Source: an uncultured Acidobacteriota bacterium (GTDB taxonomy: Bacteria > Acidobacteriota > Thermoanaerobaculia > UBA5066 > DATFVB01). Taken from it: DNA of 64,000 nucleotides. Both the position numbers and the translations under genes were made by a program. This document shows positions 16,747-33,495 of this stretch, piece after piece. The notes under the pieces were generated by a model, which was not told where the DNA came from, did not search any database, and worked only from the letters and a program-made list of their open reading frames with translations. The stretch lies in NCBI GenBank assembly GCA_963813155.1, contig CAWEYG010000003.1, positions 288,001 through 352,000 on the forward strand, written 5' to 3'. Numbering within the stretch: the first letter of the stretch is position 1; the number at the start of each line of letters is the position of its first letter.

Positions 16747-18643
16747 TCATCTGCGCCCGACTTTCGCGGGATCCGGGATGGGCGCGGGCGCGAGGCAGCC
16801 GCCTCTCCTCGTCGCGCAGCCGCCCGTGGCGCGGCCTCCCAGTTCGCCGCGAGCGCCGCCGCATCGAGCGAGCCGAGCCCCGTCGTCTGGTCGTAGCCCG
16901 CGCCGGAGGAATAGCCGGTGACTCCCGGCACGCTGTTGTCGCCCTCGACGACGTCGTGGAAGACCGCCGCGCCTCCGCGCGCGAACTGGTTCGCGCCGAG
17001 CCGGTAGAGGTTCGGGTTGATGTTGCCCTGCCGCTCGCCTGTCTTCTGGACGATCAGCGCCATGATCCCCGCCATCGAAGGCGTCGAGACGGACGTTCCC
17101 TCCGCTCCGGAGAGGCCGGACGAAGAGGCGGACGCGCCCTGGACGATGAGGTACGGAACGCTCCCGGCCGCCGCGAACGAGATGTCCGGCACCTGTCGCC
17201 GGCCGCCGGCGGCGATGCCGGGAACCCCCTGTTGCCAGGACGGCTGCGGAACAGCGTGCTGGTGCCGCCGCCGGTCGACCAGAGGCCCGAACCGCCGGGC
17301 GTCTTTCCGCTCTCGTTCCACGCGGCTTCGGGAATGTAGGACAGCGCGGAGCCGAGCCGCGCGTCGCTGGAGTCGGCCCAGTACCGGCCCGGGTCGCCGT
17401 GGTCGTCGAACTGGGTGCCGCCGACGCAGACGTCGTTCGGGGTCGTGCACAGCCCCGAGACCGCCCTTCCCGAGCCCTCCGAATCGTCGGCGGTGCTGCA
17501 GGCCGACGCGCCGCTGTCCATGGACGCGACGAACACGGTCATTCCCTGGGCCGCGGCCTGGGCCCAAAGGTTCTTGTACAGCGCGCTCGCCGCGGTGCCC
17601 ATCTCGGCCTCGCAGTTTCCGAAGCTGACCGACACGATCGGCGCCAGGTTCTGGTCCACGATGTACTGCGCGGACAGGTCGATACCGTCGGTCGCGGCCG
17701 TCGACCCGGAGACGACGAGTTTCACGGCCGCGTTCGGGGCGATCGCCCCGGACCACTCCACGTCCAGGTCCGCTTCGAACTCTTCGTACCCGCCGAGATT
17801 GCCCGGCGAAGGCCCGTTGCGCACGAGGACGGGATCGTTCGCGGGAAGGCCGAACAGTTTTCGAAAAGCCGAGACGTCCGCGACGGAGATTTCCGTCCGA
17901 CCCGCGATCGCGATCGTCACGCCGGCCGCCGTCACGCCCGCCGCGTGCAGCGGCGCGACGCCGTAGATCGTCGCGAAGTCCTCGGGAGCGAGAGCGCGGT
18001 CGGCAGAACCGCCGCCGTAAGCGAGGCTTCGGGCAGCGGAGGTTCGATGGCTCATCGGCCGCCGCGAGGCGCTTCCGAGCGAGGCAAGGCCGGCGACCAA
18101 TCCGGAGATTTCGCGGGGCATCGTCAGGGAATCCACTCGAACGGGGCGCTCGCCCTCCGCATTCGAGAACGTGTGGATCCTCGTTCCGAAAGCCGACTCC
18201 ACGCGCGAGACGGGCCCCGAGACGTTGATCCACCCGCGTCCCTGGCCGATCTCGTCGATCGTCAGCCCCTTCTGCTCCAGCCAGGCTGCGACTCGCGACT
18301 TCGTCGTCGGTGATCCCGAAGCGGCGGCCGAATTCCGCCGGCGCGAGCCAGCGGTGATACTCGGCGGAGGCGGGGTGCTGCTGGGCCTCCAGGAAACTTT
18401 CCAGTCTCGCATTCGCCTCGGGCGAACGGGTCAGAACGAGGATCATGCGGTCGAGCGGGGCGTCCAGGGCCGCCGGCCCGAGGTCGACGGCATCGACCGG
18501 GACGGCGATCCTCTCCGCGAGACGAACGGAATCCGCCTTCGAAGACGGCGACGCCGCCGCGGAAGAGTCGCGGGCGACGCGCCCGCGGCGCAGGCCGCGA
18601 CGACGCCCAGAACGATTTTCAGCCGAGTCGGCACAGATCTCAT
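16747..18643 (-). CDS. S53 (sedolisin/kumamolisin) peptidase with pro-domain (frameshifted)
   Basis: EADLDVEW, QAAAQGMTVF, PDIS, GTSVSTP, GYDQTTGLGS; pro-domain YHRWLAPAEFG. Confidence 0.88.
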
Positions 18644-18848
18644 CGGATTCCCCCTTTGCACCTCCCGTGAAAGAGCAGGATCGGGGCCCTCGAGAACGGG
18701 ACGTCCGAACGAAGGCCAACTCCCGGCGAAAGCGGCAGATCGCCGTTCGGGAGAAACCGAGAGGTCGGCTCGCTTCCCGCAGCGGGAGCGGAATTCTGGA
18801 AAGGAGACCCGAGCCTCGCTCGAATAGAATCGAACGCGGGAGGAAACG

Positions 18849-19292
18849 ATGCCCAACACGATCCGTCTTCACCGGGTGCTCCGGACCACGCCCGAGAGGG
18901 TCTATCGGGCGTTCCTGGACCCCGACGCGATGGCGAAATGGCTTCCGCCGAACGGATTCACCGGCAAGGTCCACCAGATCGACGCGAAGGTCGGCGGGAC
19001 CTACAAGATGTCGTTCACGAACTTCACGAGCGGCCAGAGCCACTCCTTCGGCGGAAAGTACGTCGAGCTGGTGCCGAATGAGCGCATCCGCTACACGGAC
19101 CAGTTCGACGACCCGAACCTGAAGGGCGAGATGCAGGCGACGATCACGCTGAAGAAGGTGTCGGTCGGGACCGAGCTCCAGATCGTGCAGGAAGGCGTCC
19201 CGGACCTCATCCCCGCCGAGGCCTGCTACCTCGGCTGGCAGGAATCCCTGACGCTGCTGGCGAAGCTCGTCGAGGCCGAGATCCCGGGCTAA
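18849..19292 (+). CDS. SRPBCC/AHA1-family protein
   Basis: PERVYRAFLDPDAMAKWLPP, CYLGWQESL. Confidence 0.9.
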   Translation: MPNTIRLHRVLRTTPERVYRAFLDPDAMAKWLPPNGFTGKVHQIDAKVGGTYKMSFTNFTSGQSHSFGGKYVELVPNERIRYTDQFDDPNLKGEMQATITLKKVSVGTELQIVQEGVPDLIPAEACYLGWQESLTLLAKLVEAEIPG

Positions 19293-19309
19293 AGGGAACC
19301 CGGCCGTTC

Positions 19310-23440
<4,131 letters not shown>

Positions 23441-23448
<8 letters not shown>

Positions 23449-25228
23449 GCGCGGCCGAGCGCCTGCCCTTCGAAGCGACCCGGGACGGGGCCCCCTTCTT
23501 TCGGGCCGGGGGCTTTCCCTCCCCCGCCCCGTCGTAGAACGACGACAGCGCCGACACGATCCCCCGGGCAACGGATTCCCGGTACTTGCGCGTCTGGATG
23601 AGCGCGAGGTCTTCCTCGTTGTTGAGGTTGCAGACTTCCACGAGCGCTCTCGCGGGAACTTCGTTGTAGCGAATCACCGCCGGCACCCACTGGCGGCCGG
23701 AGCGGATGACGCTTTCGCGAATCGGCTGAAACGCGTGGACGGGAAGGTTGTCGTGGCGGAACGCGCCGACGATCTTCTCCGCGAGCCCCCGCGATACTCC
23801 CTCGGCCTCGAGTCTTTCGCGGCGGGAGAACGAAACCCGCGGAGCCTGCCGGTATTCCCGCCGGGCCTCGTAAATCGATCCCGACTTTCCGAAAGAGTCC
23901 TTCAGGAACTTTTCGCCGGGGATGTAGACCATCGCGCCGCGCACCGAGGGGTGGAGAGAGTCCGCGTGGAACGAGAGGAACACGACGTGAGCGGCGTCCC
24001 CGCCGCGCGAAATGACGGACCGGAGGAGCGAGTTCGAGAGGTACCAGCGCAGGTGCACGCCGGGGACGGTGTCGTCGATGGGGTACGGCGGGCTCGTCAT
24101 GACGCGGCCGCCGGAGGAAGCCGAGAGCCGGTCCCTATCCGTCGCGCCGGAAACCGACGGATCCTCGACCGTGACGACGACGCGCGCCCGTGTGTTCTTC
24201 CGCAGGAGCGCCGCCGTGCGCATCGTGATGTCGTAGACGTAGCGCGATTCCGCGACGCCCGACACGAGCGCGCCGGTGTCGCGGCCCCCGTGCCCCGGAT
24301 CGAGGATCACGGTGACGCCCTCGAGGTCCGCGGCCTTGAGGCGATTCACGAACTGCGCCGCCTCGAGCTTCGAGTGCTCGTACGCGATCCGCTTCGGGTC
24401 GTCCGAGGAACGGTAATCCGGCAGGAGATCGTCGACCGGAATCCGGATCTCGTATCCGACCGGTATCGCGTGCACGTTCGCGACGCCGCTTCGCTCGGCG
24501 ATCTTCTGCGCCTCGGCGTTGACCTCTTCGGCGTACACGAGCCCGGTGAACCGGACGACGACCGCCGAATAGAGGGCTTCCCCCTTCTGGAGGCGGTACG
24601 ACGCGTACGGTCCCTTCGCGTCTTTCCCGAACGAAAGAGGAGGCGGCCCCGTCACTTCCTTCGCGACCGCCTCCGCTCGAAAAACGGGCAGCAGGAGGTC
24701 GATCGGGATCTTCAGCTTCTGGCCCTTTTCGGTTTCCAGCGAGGTCACGGCGTTGGCCTTCTTGATCTTTTCGTAGTTCGCGCCGTCCCCGGTGAACCAC
24801 TCCGCGATCCGCCAGAGGCTCTCCGGCTCGCCGGAGAGGCCCGCGACCGTGTGCGTCCAGCCCTCCGACGACGCGCTGTCGCCCGAGAAGAGCGCCTGCA
24901 TGGCGATCTTCTTGTAGTTGCCGGACAGCAGCTCGTAGGGAACGCGGAGAAAGATCGCCTGGTGGAGGACGTCGCTCTCCTTGTTGAGCGACAGGATTCG
25001 CGCCTTCGTCGCCGGATCTTCCGTGAAGCGGCGAACGAAGGCGTTGATGCCTTCTCCCGGCAGCGGTTTGGCGAAGAGGTAGACGAGGTCTCCGCGCGCC
25101 ATGCCGACCTTCAGCTCGTCCGAAATGACGACCGTCTTGGAAAACTCGGGCTCTTCCGCCGCGCCGCCCGCGACCGCGAGCGCGCAGAAGGCCAGAACGA
25201 GGCTAGGCCGCGATCGGAGGAACCGCAT
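23441..25228 (-). CDS. N-acetylmuramoyl-L-alanine amidase with LysM-like segments
   Basis: ILDPGHGGRDTGA, FLSFHADS, LVEVCNLNN. Confidence 0.88.
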
Positions 25229-26651
25229 CCGTGAAACGCGTCTCCCGTTCGTAAGCCGCCGCCGCGGCGAACACCGAATCGTCGCGGCCGCGGTCGGCGA
25301 CGATCTGAAGTCCGAGGGGCAGGCCCGAGGCCGCCGGGCCCGACGGCACCGAGATCGCGGGAAGTCCCGCGAGGGAGGCCGGCGTCGTGAAGATGTCGGA
25401 GAGGTACATGGAAACCGGATCGTCCGCTTTTTCGCCGAACCGGAATGCCGGGCCGGGAACCGTCGGCGTCACGATCACGTCCACCTGGGAAAAGGCCTCT
25501 CGGAAATCCGCGCGCAGCAGGGCGCGAGCGCGCTCCGCCCGGCGGTAGTACTCGTCGGCATATCCCGCGGAGAGAACGAAGGTCCCCAGGAGAATCCTGC
25601 GCTTGACCTCTTCGCCGAATCCGAGCGTCCGCTGTTCCGTGTAGAACTCCTCCACGGTCGGCATCTCCACGCGGGGTCCGTATCGGATCCCGTCGTAGCG
25701 GGCGAGGTTGGAGGACGCTTCGGCATTCGCGACGACGTAGTAGATCGGAATCGCGTACGGCGCGCGCGGGACGGACACTTCCCGAACCGTCGCGCCGAGG
25801 CTCCGCAGGACGTCGACCGCGCGGGAGAAGTTCTTCTCGACCTCGGGGTCGAGCTCGCCGTTCACCGCCTCCTTCAGCACCCCGATCTTCATTCCGCGGA
25901 TCCCCTGCCGGACCGCGCCGACGGGATCGCCGACGGGCTCTCGCAGCGACGTGGAATCGCGCGGGTCGGGCCCGGCCATCGCGGCGTAGATCCTCGCGGC
26001 GTCTTCGACCGAGGTCGCGATCGGCCCGATCTGGTCCAGCGAGGACGCGAACGCGATGAGCCCGTATCTCGATACCCTGCCGTAAGTGGGCTTGTAGCCC
26101 ACGACTCCGCACAGGGCCGCGGGCTGGCGCACCGAGCCGCCCGTGTCCGACCCGAGCGCCACCGGGACCTCCCGGGCCGCGACGGCGGCCGCGCTGCCCC
26201 CGGACGACCCGCCCGGCACCCGCTCGGGATCCCAGGGGTTGCGGGTGAGTTGGAACGCGGAGTTCTCCGTCGAGGAGCCCATCGCGAATTCATCGAGGTT
26301 CGTCTTGCCCGCGATCACCGCACCGGCGGCCTTGAGCCGCTCCACGGCCGTCGCGTCGTAGCCCGGCGAGAAACCGCGGAGAATCTTCGACGCGCAGGTG
26401 GCCGTGTAGCCCGAGACCGCCATGTTGTCCTTCACCGCGACGAGCACCCCGGCGAGCGGAAGATTCTCCCGGGCGCTCGCCCGGCGATCCACCTCCCGGG
26501 CGTCCGCGAGGACGCGGTCCTCCTCGAACGAGAGGAACGCCCGAATGCCCGGTTCTCGTTCCGCCATGCGCGCGAGCGCCTCTCGCGCGAATTCCTCCGC
26601 GGAGTGCCGGCGCGAGGTCACCGCGGCGGCAATCTCGACGATCGAGCTCAC
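25203..26651 (-). CDS. gatA: Glu-tRNA amidotransferase subunit A
   Basis: PGGSSGGS, GSDTGGSVRQPA, SSNLARYDGIRYG, EVKRRILLGT. Confidence 0.97.
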   Translation of the reverse strand: MSSIVEIAAAVTSRRHSAEEFAREALARMAEREPGIRAFLSFEEDRVLADAREVDRRASARENLPLAGVLVAVKDNMAVSGYTATCASKILRGFSPGYDATAVERLKAAGAVIAGKTNLDEFAMGSSTENSAFQLTRNPWDPERVPGGSSGGSAAAVAAREVPVALGSDTGGSVRQPAALCGVVGYKPTYGRVSRYGLIAFASSLDQIGPIATSVEDAARIYAAMAGPDPRDSTSLREPVGDPVGAVRQGIRGMKIGVLKEAVNGELDPEVEKNFSRAVDVLRSLGATVREVSVPRAPYAIPIYYVVANAEASSNLARYDGIRYGPRVEMPTVEEFYTEQRTLGFGEEVKRRILLGTFVLSAGYADEYYRRAERARALLRADFREAFSQVDVIVTPTVPGPAFRFGEKADDPVSMYLSDIFTTPASLAGLPAISVPSGPAASGLPLGLQIVADRGRDDSVFAAAAAYERETRFTDAVPPIAA

Positions 26652-26958
26652 CGGGCCGGGTCCACCACTCGGGGCACGGGGACGAGGCCGTGGACGAGCT
26701 GGCCGGCGTTCGCCTCGAGCTCCTGCGGCCGGTGCCGGCCGTGGGCTCGTCCAGGCGAAGCGTCGTTTCGGAAGGCAGGGACGGTTCGGGCAGCTCGGAA
26801 TCCGGAATTTCCCTCAGTTTCCGCACGTGCTCGACGATCCGCTCCATCTGCTCGCCCCAGCGCCCGAGGCTTCCGGCGTCGATCCGGAGGCGCGCCAGCC
26901 GGGCGACGCGCTGGATGCCTTCGGGGGACAGGAAGACATCTTCGGCGTCGCCTCGCAT
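26648..26958 (-). CDS. gatC: Asp/Glu-tRNA amidotransferase subunit C (frameshifted)
   Basis: IQRVARLARL N-terminus and VPVPRVV-like end; overlaps gatA start. Confidence 0.8.
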
Positions 26959-26995
26959 GGCGCTCATTGTAACCTCTTCGCCGCGGAGGAAGACA

Positions 26996-28197
26996 ATTCC
27001 GGGAACGAAGAAGCTCGAGAAGATCGTTCGCGCGTTCGCGCGCCGGCAGCCCGGGAACCCGGTCTACCTCGTCGGCGGCGCCGTGCGCGACCGGCTGCTG
27101 GGACTCCCCGTGTCCGATTTCGATTTCGCCGTCGCCCGGGGCGAGGCGGACCTCGCGCGCGGGAGCTCGAGGGGGCCGGCTTCGGACGGGCGGTTCGAAT
27201 TTCTCCGGAGTCGTCGCCCGTTTCCGTCTGGCGTCTCGCGGGGCGCGGCTTGACCGCGGACATCGCCCGTTTCGAAAAGGACGGGTCGATCGAGGACGAT
27301 CTCGCGCGGCGCGATTTCACGGCGAACGCGATCGCGCGGGACGTCGTCTCGGGGCGCCTCGTCGATCCTTTCGGCGGCCGGGCGGACATTCGCCGGAAAC
27401 GAATCCGGATGATCGCGCCGGCCAACCTCGACGCCGACCCGATCCGGATCCTTCGCGCCTACCGCCTCGCCGCCGCGCTCGGATGGACGATCGCACCGCG
27501 GACCCGCTCGGCGATTGCGGCGACGATCCGCGACTCTGGCGGCCGAGGCGAAAGAGCGGATTCGCGGCGAGCTCGTGCGGCTCTTCGGCGCGCGGAGAGC
27601 CTCGCGGCCGATCGCCTGGGCCTCCCGCGACGGCGTTCTCGCGGCCTGTCTCGGCCTGCCGGCAGCCTCGCCGGCGGCGATCGCGCGGCTGCTCTCCCCG
27701 TTCGACGCGCCGCGCCTCGAAGAACGGCTGCGATTTCCCTTCCGTCTCGCGACGCTGATCTTTCGTTCCGGCGGCGCCTCGGAAAACGTCGGGGCAGACC
27801 TCGTGAACCGCGGCTTCTCGCGATCCGAGGCCTCCGCCGTCGCCACGGCAGCTCGCTTTCTCGCGGCCGCGTTCTCCGGCGAGATCGGCCCCGCGGGTCC
27901 TCTTCGAGTTTCGCGAACAGTGGAAGGACCTCCGGGTTCTCCTTCGCCTCGCGGCGAGAAACGCGAAAGAAGAGAAGAGGGCGCGCGCGCTCGCGGCTCG
28001 CGCCCGGCGGTGCGATTTCGGACCGGCGCCGGTCGACGGGCGGCGACATCGCCCGCTGGCTCGCGATTCCGCCGGGGCAACGCCTGGGCCGCGCGCTCGG
28101 TCACGCGGCTTTTCTGCATTTCACCGGGGAAGCGCGAACCCGCGCGGAGATCGAGCGGGCCGTGCGGTCGTTTGACGGGGCGCGGGCGGAGGAGTAA
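26996..28197 (+). CDS. tRNA nucleotidyltransferase / poly(A) polymerase family (frameshifted, start uncertain)
   Basis: YLVGGAVRD..DFD, DLARRDFTANA, DPIRILRAYR, ERIRGEL. Confidence 0.85.
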
Positions 28198-28219
28198 TCT
28201 GCCCGGAAGGGAGGGGTGC

Positions 28220-29659
28220 GTGGATCTTTCCGAACTCCTCAAGTTCACCACAAAGAAAGGCGCGTCGGACCTGCACCTGAAGCCGATGCGGCCGCCGCTC
28301 CTGCGATTGAACGGGAAGATGGTCCCTCTCAAGACCGAACCGATGAGCCCGAAGGTCCTGGAAGAGATGCTCCTCCCGATCCTGACGCCCGTTCAGCGCG
28401 AGAGGCTCGGAGCGCGACTTCTCCGTCGACATCGGGTACGGCCTTCAAGGCGTCGCGCGTTTCCGCTGCAACATTTTCACCCAGCGCGGGTCGTACGCGG
28501 CCGCGTTCCGCCGCATTCCCTTCACGCTTCCGACGATCGACGAGCTCGAGCTCCCGGAGGTGCTGAAGTCCTTCGCGCACCTCCCCGGCGGCCTCGTCAT
28601 CGTCACGGGCCCGACCGGCTCGGGAAAATCGACGACGCTCGCCGCGATCATGCGCGAGATCACCGAGAAGCGCCCGGTTCACATCGTGACGATCGAGGAC
28701 CCGATCGAGTATCTCCTCTCCGACGGCCTCGCCGCGGTGTCGCAGCGGGAAGTGGGCACCGACACGCCCTCGTTCCACGAGGCGCTGCGAAACATGATGC
28801 GGCAGGATCCGGACGTCATCATGGTCGGCGAGATGCGCGACTGGGAGACTATGCAGACGGCGATCACCGCGGCGGAGACGGGTCACCTCGTCTTCTCGAC
28901 CCTCCACACGAACAACGCGGCGCAGTCCATCGACCGCCTGATCGACTCCTGTCCGGGTAGCCTCCAGAAACAGGTGCGCGACCAGCTGGCGCTGGTGCTT
29001 CGCGCGATCGTTTCCATGAAGCTCGTCGAGCGCGCGGACGGCAAGGGCCTGACGGCCGTCGTGGAAATCATGATCAACTCGCCGAAGATCGCGAAGCAGG
29101 TCGAGCTCGGCGAGACGAAAGACATCCTGGACGAAATCGAGTCGTCGGTGGGCTACCGGATGCAATCGATGAACCAGTCGCTTCTCGCGCTTCTCGTTCA
29201 CCAGAAGATCTCGTACGAGAAGGCAATGGAGATCTCGACCGACCCCGAGGACCTTTCGCTGAAGCTGCGCAAGCTGTTTCCGCAGATCGAGGAATCTTTC
29301 CGAGGAGGAAAAATGTCGTTCAACGATTTTTCCATCGTCACCGGGCTCATGGATACCCAGAAGCTCTACGACGAGCAGGAAGAGAAGTGGAAGATGCGGG
29401 TCGCCGAATTTCAGGAGGAAGTCGGCCGGCTTCGCCAGGAAGTCGAGGACCAGCGCCGGCTCATGGACGCGAAGACGAAGGGCTACGCGGACCTGGAAGC
29501 CGAGACCTCGCGGCTGCGCGGCGAGGCGGACCGGATCCAGAAGGACGCCGCCAGAAGATCGCGGCGCTCAACGACCGCATCAAGCAGCTCAACGCGCAGC
29601 TCGCCGACGTTGCGGGAGCCCGGAAAGCCACCGCGACCGAAGGGTTTTTCAAGAGGTAG
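28220..29659 (+). CDS. PilT/PilU-family ATPase with C-terminal coiled-coil extension (frameshifted)
   Basis: ASDLHL, GPTGSGKSTT, TIEDPIE, RQDPDVIMVGEMRD, TGHLVFSTLH. Confidence 0.9.
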
Positions 29660-29740
29660 GCGCTCGACGCCCGGTTACCCGCAAGGACAACCAGACCCGC
29701 AGCCTTTCCGGCCGCTATGGAAACGAGCGCCGTGAGTCCG

Positions 29741-31821
29741 TCAAATCGACAGTCCAACGTCGCCTTCGAGCACCGATGTCTTCAGCTGCGGGCGCTCTCC
29801 GCTCTTCCACAGCGCAGCCGTGTGTAAGACCCGATACCGGAGTGGCCCGCCGTCCGGTTTTTCGCTGCGCGTAATGGGGCGCGGGATGCAGACAAACTCG
29901 GTGCGCATCTCATCGGCCGACAATCGGACCTTCGCATAGCCGTGTCCTCCCAGATCGACGAACTCGAGGTGCGGAGCCAGATCCGGGTTGGACAGCGACC
30001 GGGCGCGCTTGCAGGTCGAAGCTCTTGGCATATTCGAGGCACGAACGGACGCCGTGCTTCAGCAGCATGTTGTAAGGTCCAGTCCGGCTTCGCGCCGTCC
30101 CTGCCTGTCGGCGAGGAACAGAGGCTCGCAGCGGAGCGTCCTTCGGAAGATTGTGCTCATAGGCTTCCATGGGGCCGGGGCTGGTGAGTGACGCGCCGAC
30201 GAAGCTCAAGCCGACCGGCTCGAACTTGCCGGGCGGAAGTTCCGCGGTCGCGTATCCGGCCCAGAAGCTGTGGCGATCGCCCGAGACGATGGCGAAGCCG
30301 GTGATCTTCGCGTCGCGCACGAGATCGTAGATCTCGGCGCGCTCTGCGTAGGCCGTGCCGTAGTCAGCGTGGGCCCATGGTTGCGTAACCGTCGTCTTTC
30401 GGCCACGACTCCTTGGTGAGACCCGGCGGCAGGTTCTGCGGGTCGGCGCGCTCATCGAGCGCGCCCTCCGAGTTGCGCCCAGATTTTCCACGTCGCGGTC
30501 GAGCTCTTGAGCTGGTCCTTGAACCACGCCTTCTGCTCCGCGCCGAGAATCGTTTGCGGCGGCGCGTTGCGTTGCGGATTGGGAACATGCGCATCGTTGA
30601 ACGCTGACTTCCGCCGGCGGATTGCCGCCGTTGAAGGCACGCCCGCCGTCGAGAATCTGCATCATCGACTCAGGAGACATGTCCGATGAACTCGTCGCCG
30701 CCGAGCTTCGCGAGAGACGGGATCGCTGAAGCGGGTCGGCGCTCCGATAGCTGTGCTGGTCGGTGATGATCAGGTCGAGGTGCCGGCCGTAGCGGAAGCG
30801 CCCGGTAGCCCTTGAGGCTGTTGATCGCCGTCAGGTTGTTCGGCTCGACCCCCAGGCCATCGCTGTCCCACTTGTCGATCGGGACGTTCTTCACCGCGGG
30901 TGGATCGAAGCTGCTCGAGCGATCCGCTTGGCGGCAGACGCGAGCGGGAGATATTCGAACCAGGCCTGATTCGCCGCGACCTTGACGGTCTGGCCCGGGA
31001 CTCGAACTTCGGCGTCTTGACGATGCTTTGCCAGCCCTGCCACGAGAATTCGTGGTTGTCCCAGATGGCGACGAACGGCCAGCGCGCGCGAGCGTCCTGG
31101 AGGTCGGGGTCGGCGAGATAGCCTTTGTAGACGGCCCGGTAGCCATCGACGGTCAGCGGGATGTGGAAGTTGCCGACCTTTTGGCTGTCTCGTCGGATAA
31201 CCGCGCGACCTCGTAGATCGTGCGGTCGTAGCGCGTCTTCACCTCGTCGGGATACTCGACCACCTCGTAGATGAAATCGCCGAGGTGCAGGACGAAATCG
31301 AGCTGCTCGGCGGCGGGAGCGCGTTCGTCTTCGTAGATCATCCGGCGATAGGCGTTGAGCTTGCCCTCGTTGACATCCTGACAGCTCACGAACGCGAAGT
31401 TCACGGGGCGCGGATCGTTGGGCAACGGCGCCGTGATCGTGCGGCCGACCCGGCTGCCGTTGCCGTCGGCGTCGGTAAACCGATACCAGTAAGTGCGCGC
31501 CGGCTTGAGTCCGCCGATCAGAACGCGCGCGGTCCAGTCCGCGACGCTCGAGACCGGCGCCTGCGCGTGCGCAATGACTCGGCGGAATGCCTCATCCTCG
31601 GCGACCTCGACGGTCAGGAGCTGGCGCGTGCCCTCGGCAAACGGACGCCTCGTCCACAGGATGACGCTGTGCGGATCGGGATCGCCCGAGGCGACCCCTT
31701 GGGGATAGAGATCACGCCGCTCACGCCAGTGGACACGCGAACCTCGAGCCGGCCCGACCCACGCGAGCGAAGCACCCATTGCGGCTGCAGATTTGAGAAA
31801 GGATCGGCGGCTGATCTTCAT
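29741..31821 (-). CDS. phoD: PhoD-family alkaline phosphatase with Tat signal (many frameshifts)
   Basis: SRRSFLK twin-Arg, GVASGDP, HLGDFIYE, IWDNHEF, SGDRHSF. Confidence 0.85.
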
Positions 31822-32798
31822 CGTCTCACTCCGTCCGGGCGAACGCCCGCCAGAACAGGTACGTACTCTACGCTCGTAAGTTGGGGCGTTGCTGTCAGAA
31901 TCCTGCGATGATAGCCTAGCTAATCCTCCGAGATGGCAGTCGTGAAGCTGTGTGGGGCCGAACGGAAGTCACACGTTATTCAGCCCGGGTGAAGGGCGGA
32001 CTCAAGCGCGCTTGGAGCAGACGTGAGACATCGCGAGGGGCTCGGCAGGGCGGCTGACTGGCAGCGCGAACCAATGCTTGTCGGGGTGCTCATATGCGAA
32101 CTCGAGAGCCTTCTTGTGGTCGATGTCGTGGGCGAGCGGCGTATGGCATATGACCGGCCACAGCTCCTCAGATGGAGTAGCGCTTGGTCAGGCGGCGGCA
32201 TGCGGAATGAGCCTCGGAATGCCGGCGTCTACGCGCCAATTTCTGTGGATGAGTACCGCCGCCGAGGTCTTTCCAACCAGGTGCGTCTTGAAGGCCTTCG
32301 AGAATGCGGCGCCATCGTGTTAGCTCGCGAACGCCTCGACACAGCTGGTCTCCAGGAGCGACGAGGCTTTCATGGCCTTCATGCGTACGCAAGAAGGCCT
32401 CGCCGAAGAATGCCTCGAACGAACTTCTTCAGTGGAGTCGAGAAACGCCAGGAGCGCGGCTTGCGTCGGATGTGTCGATGATCAAAGGACCAAGCGGTAT
32501 CCCATGAGCCGCCTTTTCCGAACTTGACCAGCGCGGGACGAGAACTGGAAACGCTGGATGACGATGCATCAAGAGGCTAACGGTGCGGCTTCAGCGTCGA
32601 GACCGCAGGCCGAAGCCCTGGCCCGCTGGCCGGGAGCCTTGGCGGAGGCAGTCACGCCCGAGGAACCAAGTTTCTCAATCTGCTCCTCAGCGATCTCCAG
32701 GGAAGAAAGTAGTTGGATCGTTACGGGAGGCTCTGGCACGCCCGCAGTTCGGCATGTTCCCAGCTGGCGCGAATTGCGCCCGGGGTTGGTGGCTGTCG

Positions 32799-33473
32799 CT
32801 ACCCGCTGGCCGCGGGGAGCCCTGTCCCCTTGAGCAGATCCTTGATGACGAGCGCCGTCTCTTCCTTGCCCGGCACGCAGAGGTTCGGGTCCTTCTCCGT
32901 CCCCGCGGCGATCGCCGCCGCGTAGCCCTCGCAGTCGTAGCCGCACGCGGTGCAGTCGGTCTGCGCCATCGCCGCGTAGAGCTTCGTCTTCAGGTCGCCG
33001 GCCTTGGCCATTTCCATCCGCTTCGGGAGCGGAATCGTTTCGTCGTGGAACGCGGGGGCTTCCGTCTTGACGGCCGGTTTCGCCTTGACCTCGTCCGTTT
33101 TTCCGGTGTTCAGCCAGAACCCGAACGAAAGGCAGCTCGGGCAGATGAACTTGTAGTCCCACTGCATCGGCATGTGCTTCGCCGGCGTGCGGTACACGAC
33201 GAGCGCCTGAAAGTCCTGCGGGCAGGCCGGGTTCTCCAGCTCCTGCGCGTCGGTGACCATCGCCTTGAGGTGCCCCATCGAGAACTGGATCTGCTTCGGC
33301 TTCTGGTTGAACCGATACATCTTCCCTTTCGGGGAAACCATCACGACCTGGGGATTGAACGTCCGTTCGACGTAGAACGCGCGCATCGGCTCGCCCGAAT
33401 CCGGATCGAGCACCGGGTTCTGGCTCCAGAATCCCGCGACGAGGCGGCTCTGATCTTCGAGCGAAAGTTTCAT
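32799..33473 (-). CDS. Protein with C-terminal Fe-S-binding domain
   Basis: CTACGYDCEGYA...CVPG (RnfB-N-terminal-like) plus CPSC. Confidence 0.75.
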   Translation of the reverse strand: MKLSLEDQSRLVAGFWSQNPVLDPDSGEPMRAFYVERTFNPQVVMVSPKGKMYRFNQKPKQIQFSMGHLKAMVTDAQELENPACPQDFQALVVYRTPAKHMPMQWDYKFICPSCLSFGFWLNTGKTDEVKAKPAVKTEAPAFHDETIPLPKRMEMAKAGDLKTKLYAAMAQTDCTACGYDCEGYAAAIAAGTEKDPNLCVPGKEETALVIKDLLKGTGLPAASG

Positions 33474-33495
33474 GCGCCGGGATTTTAGCAAAAGT

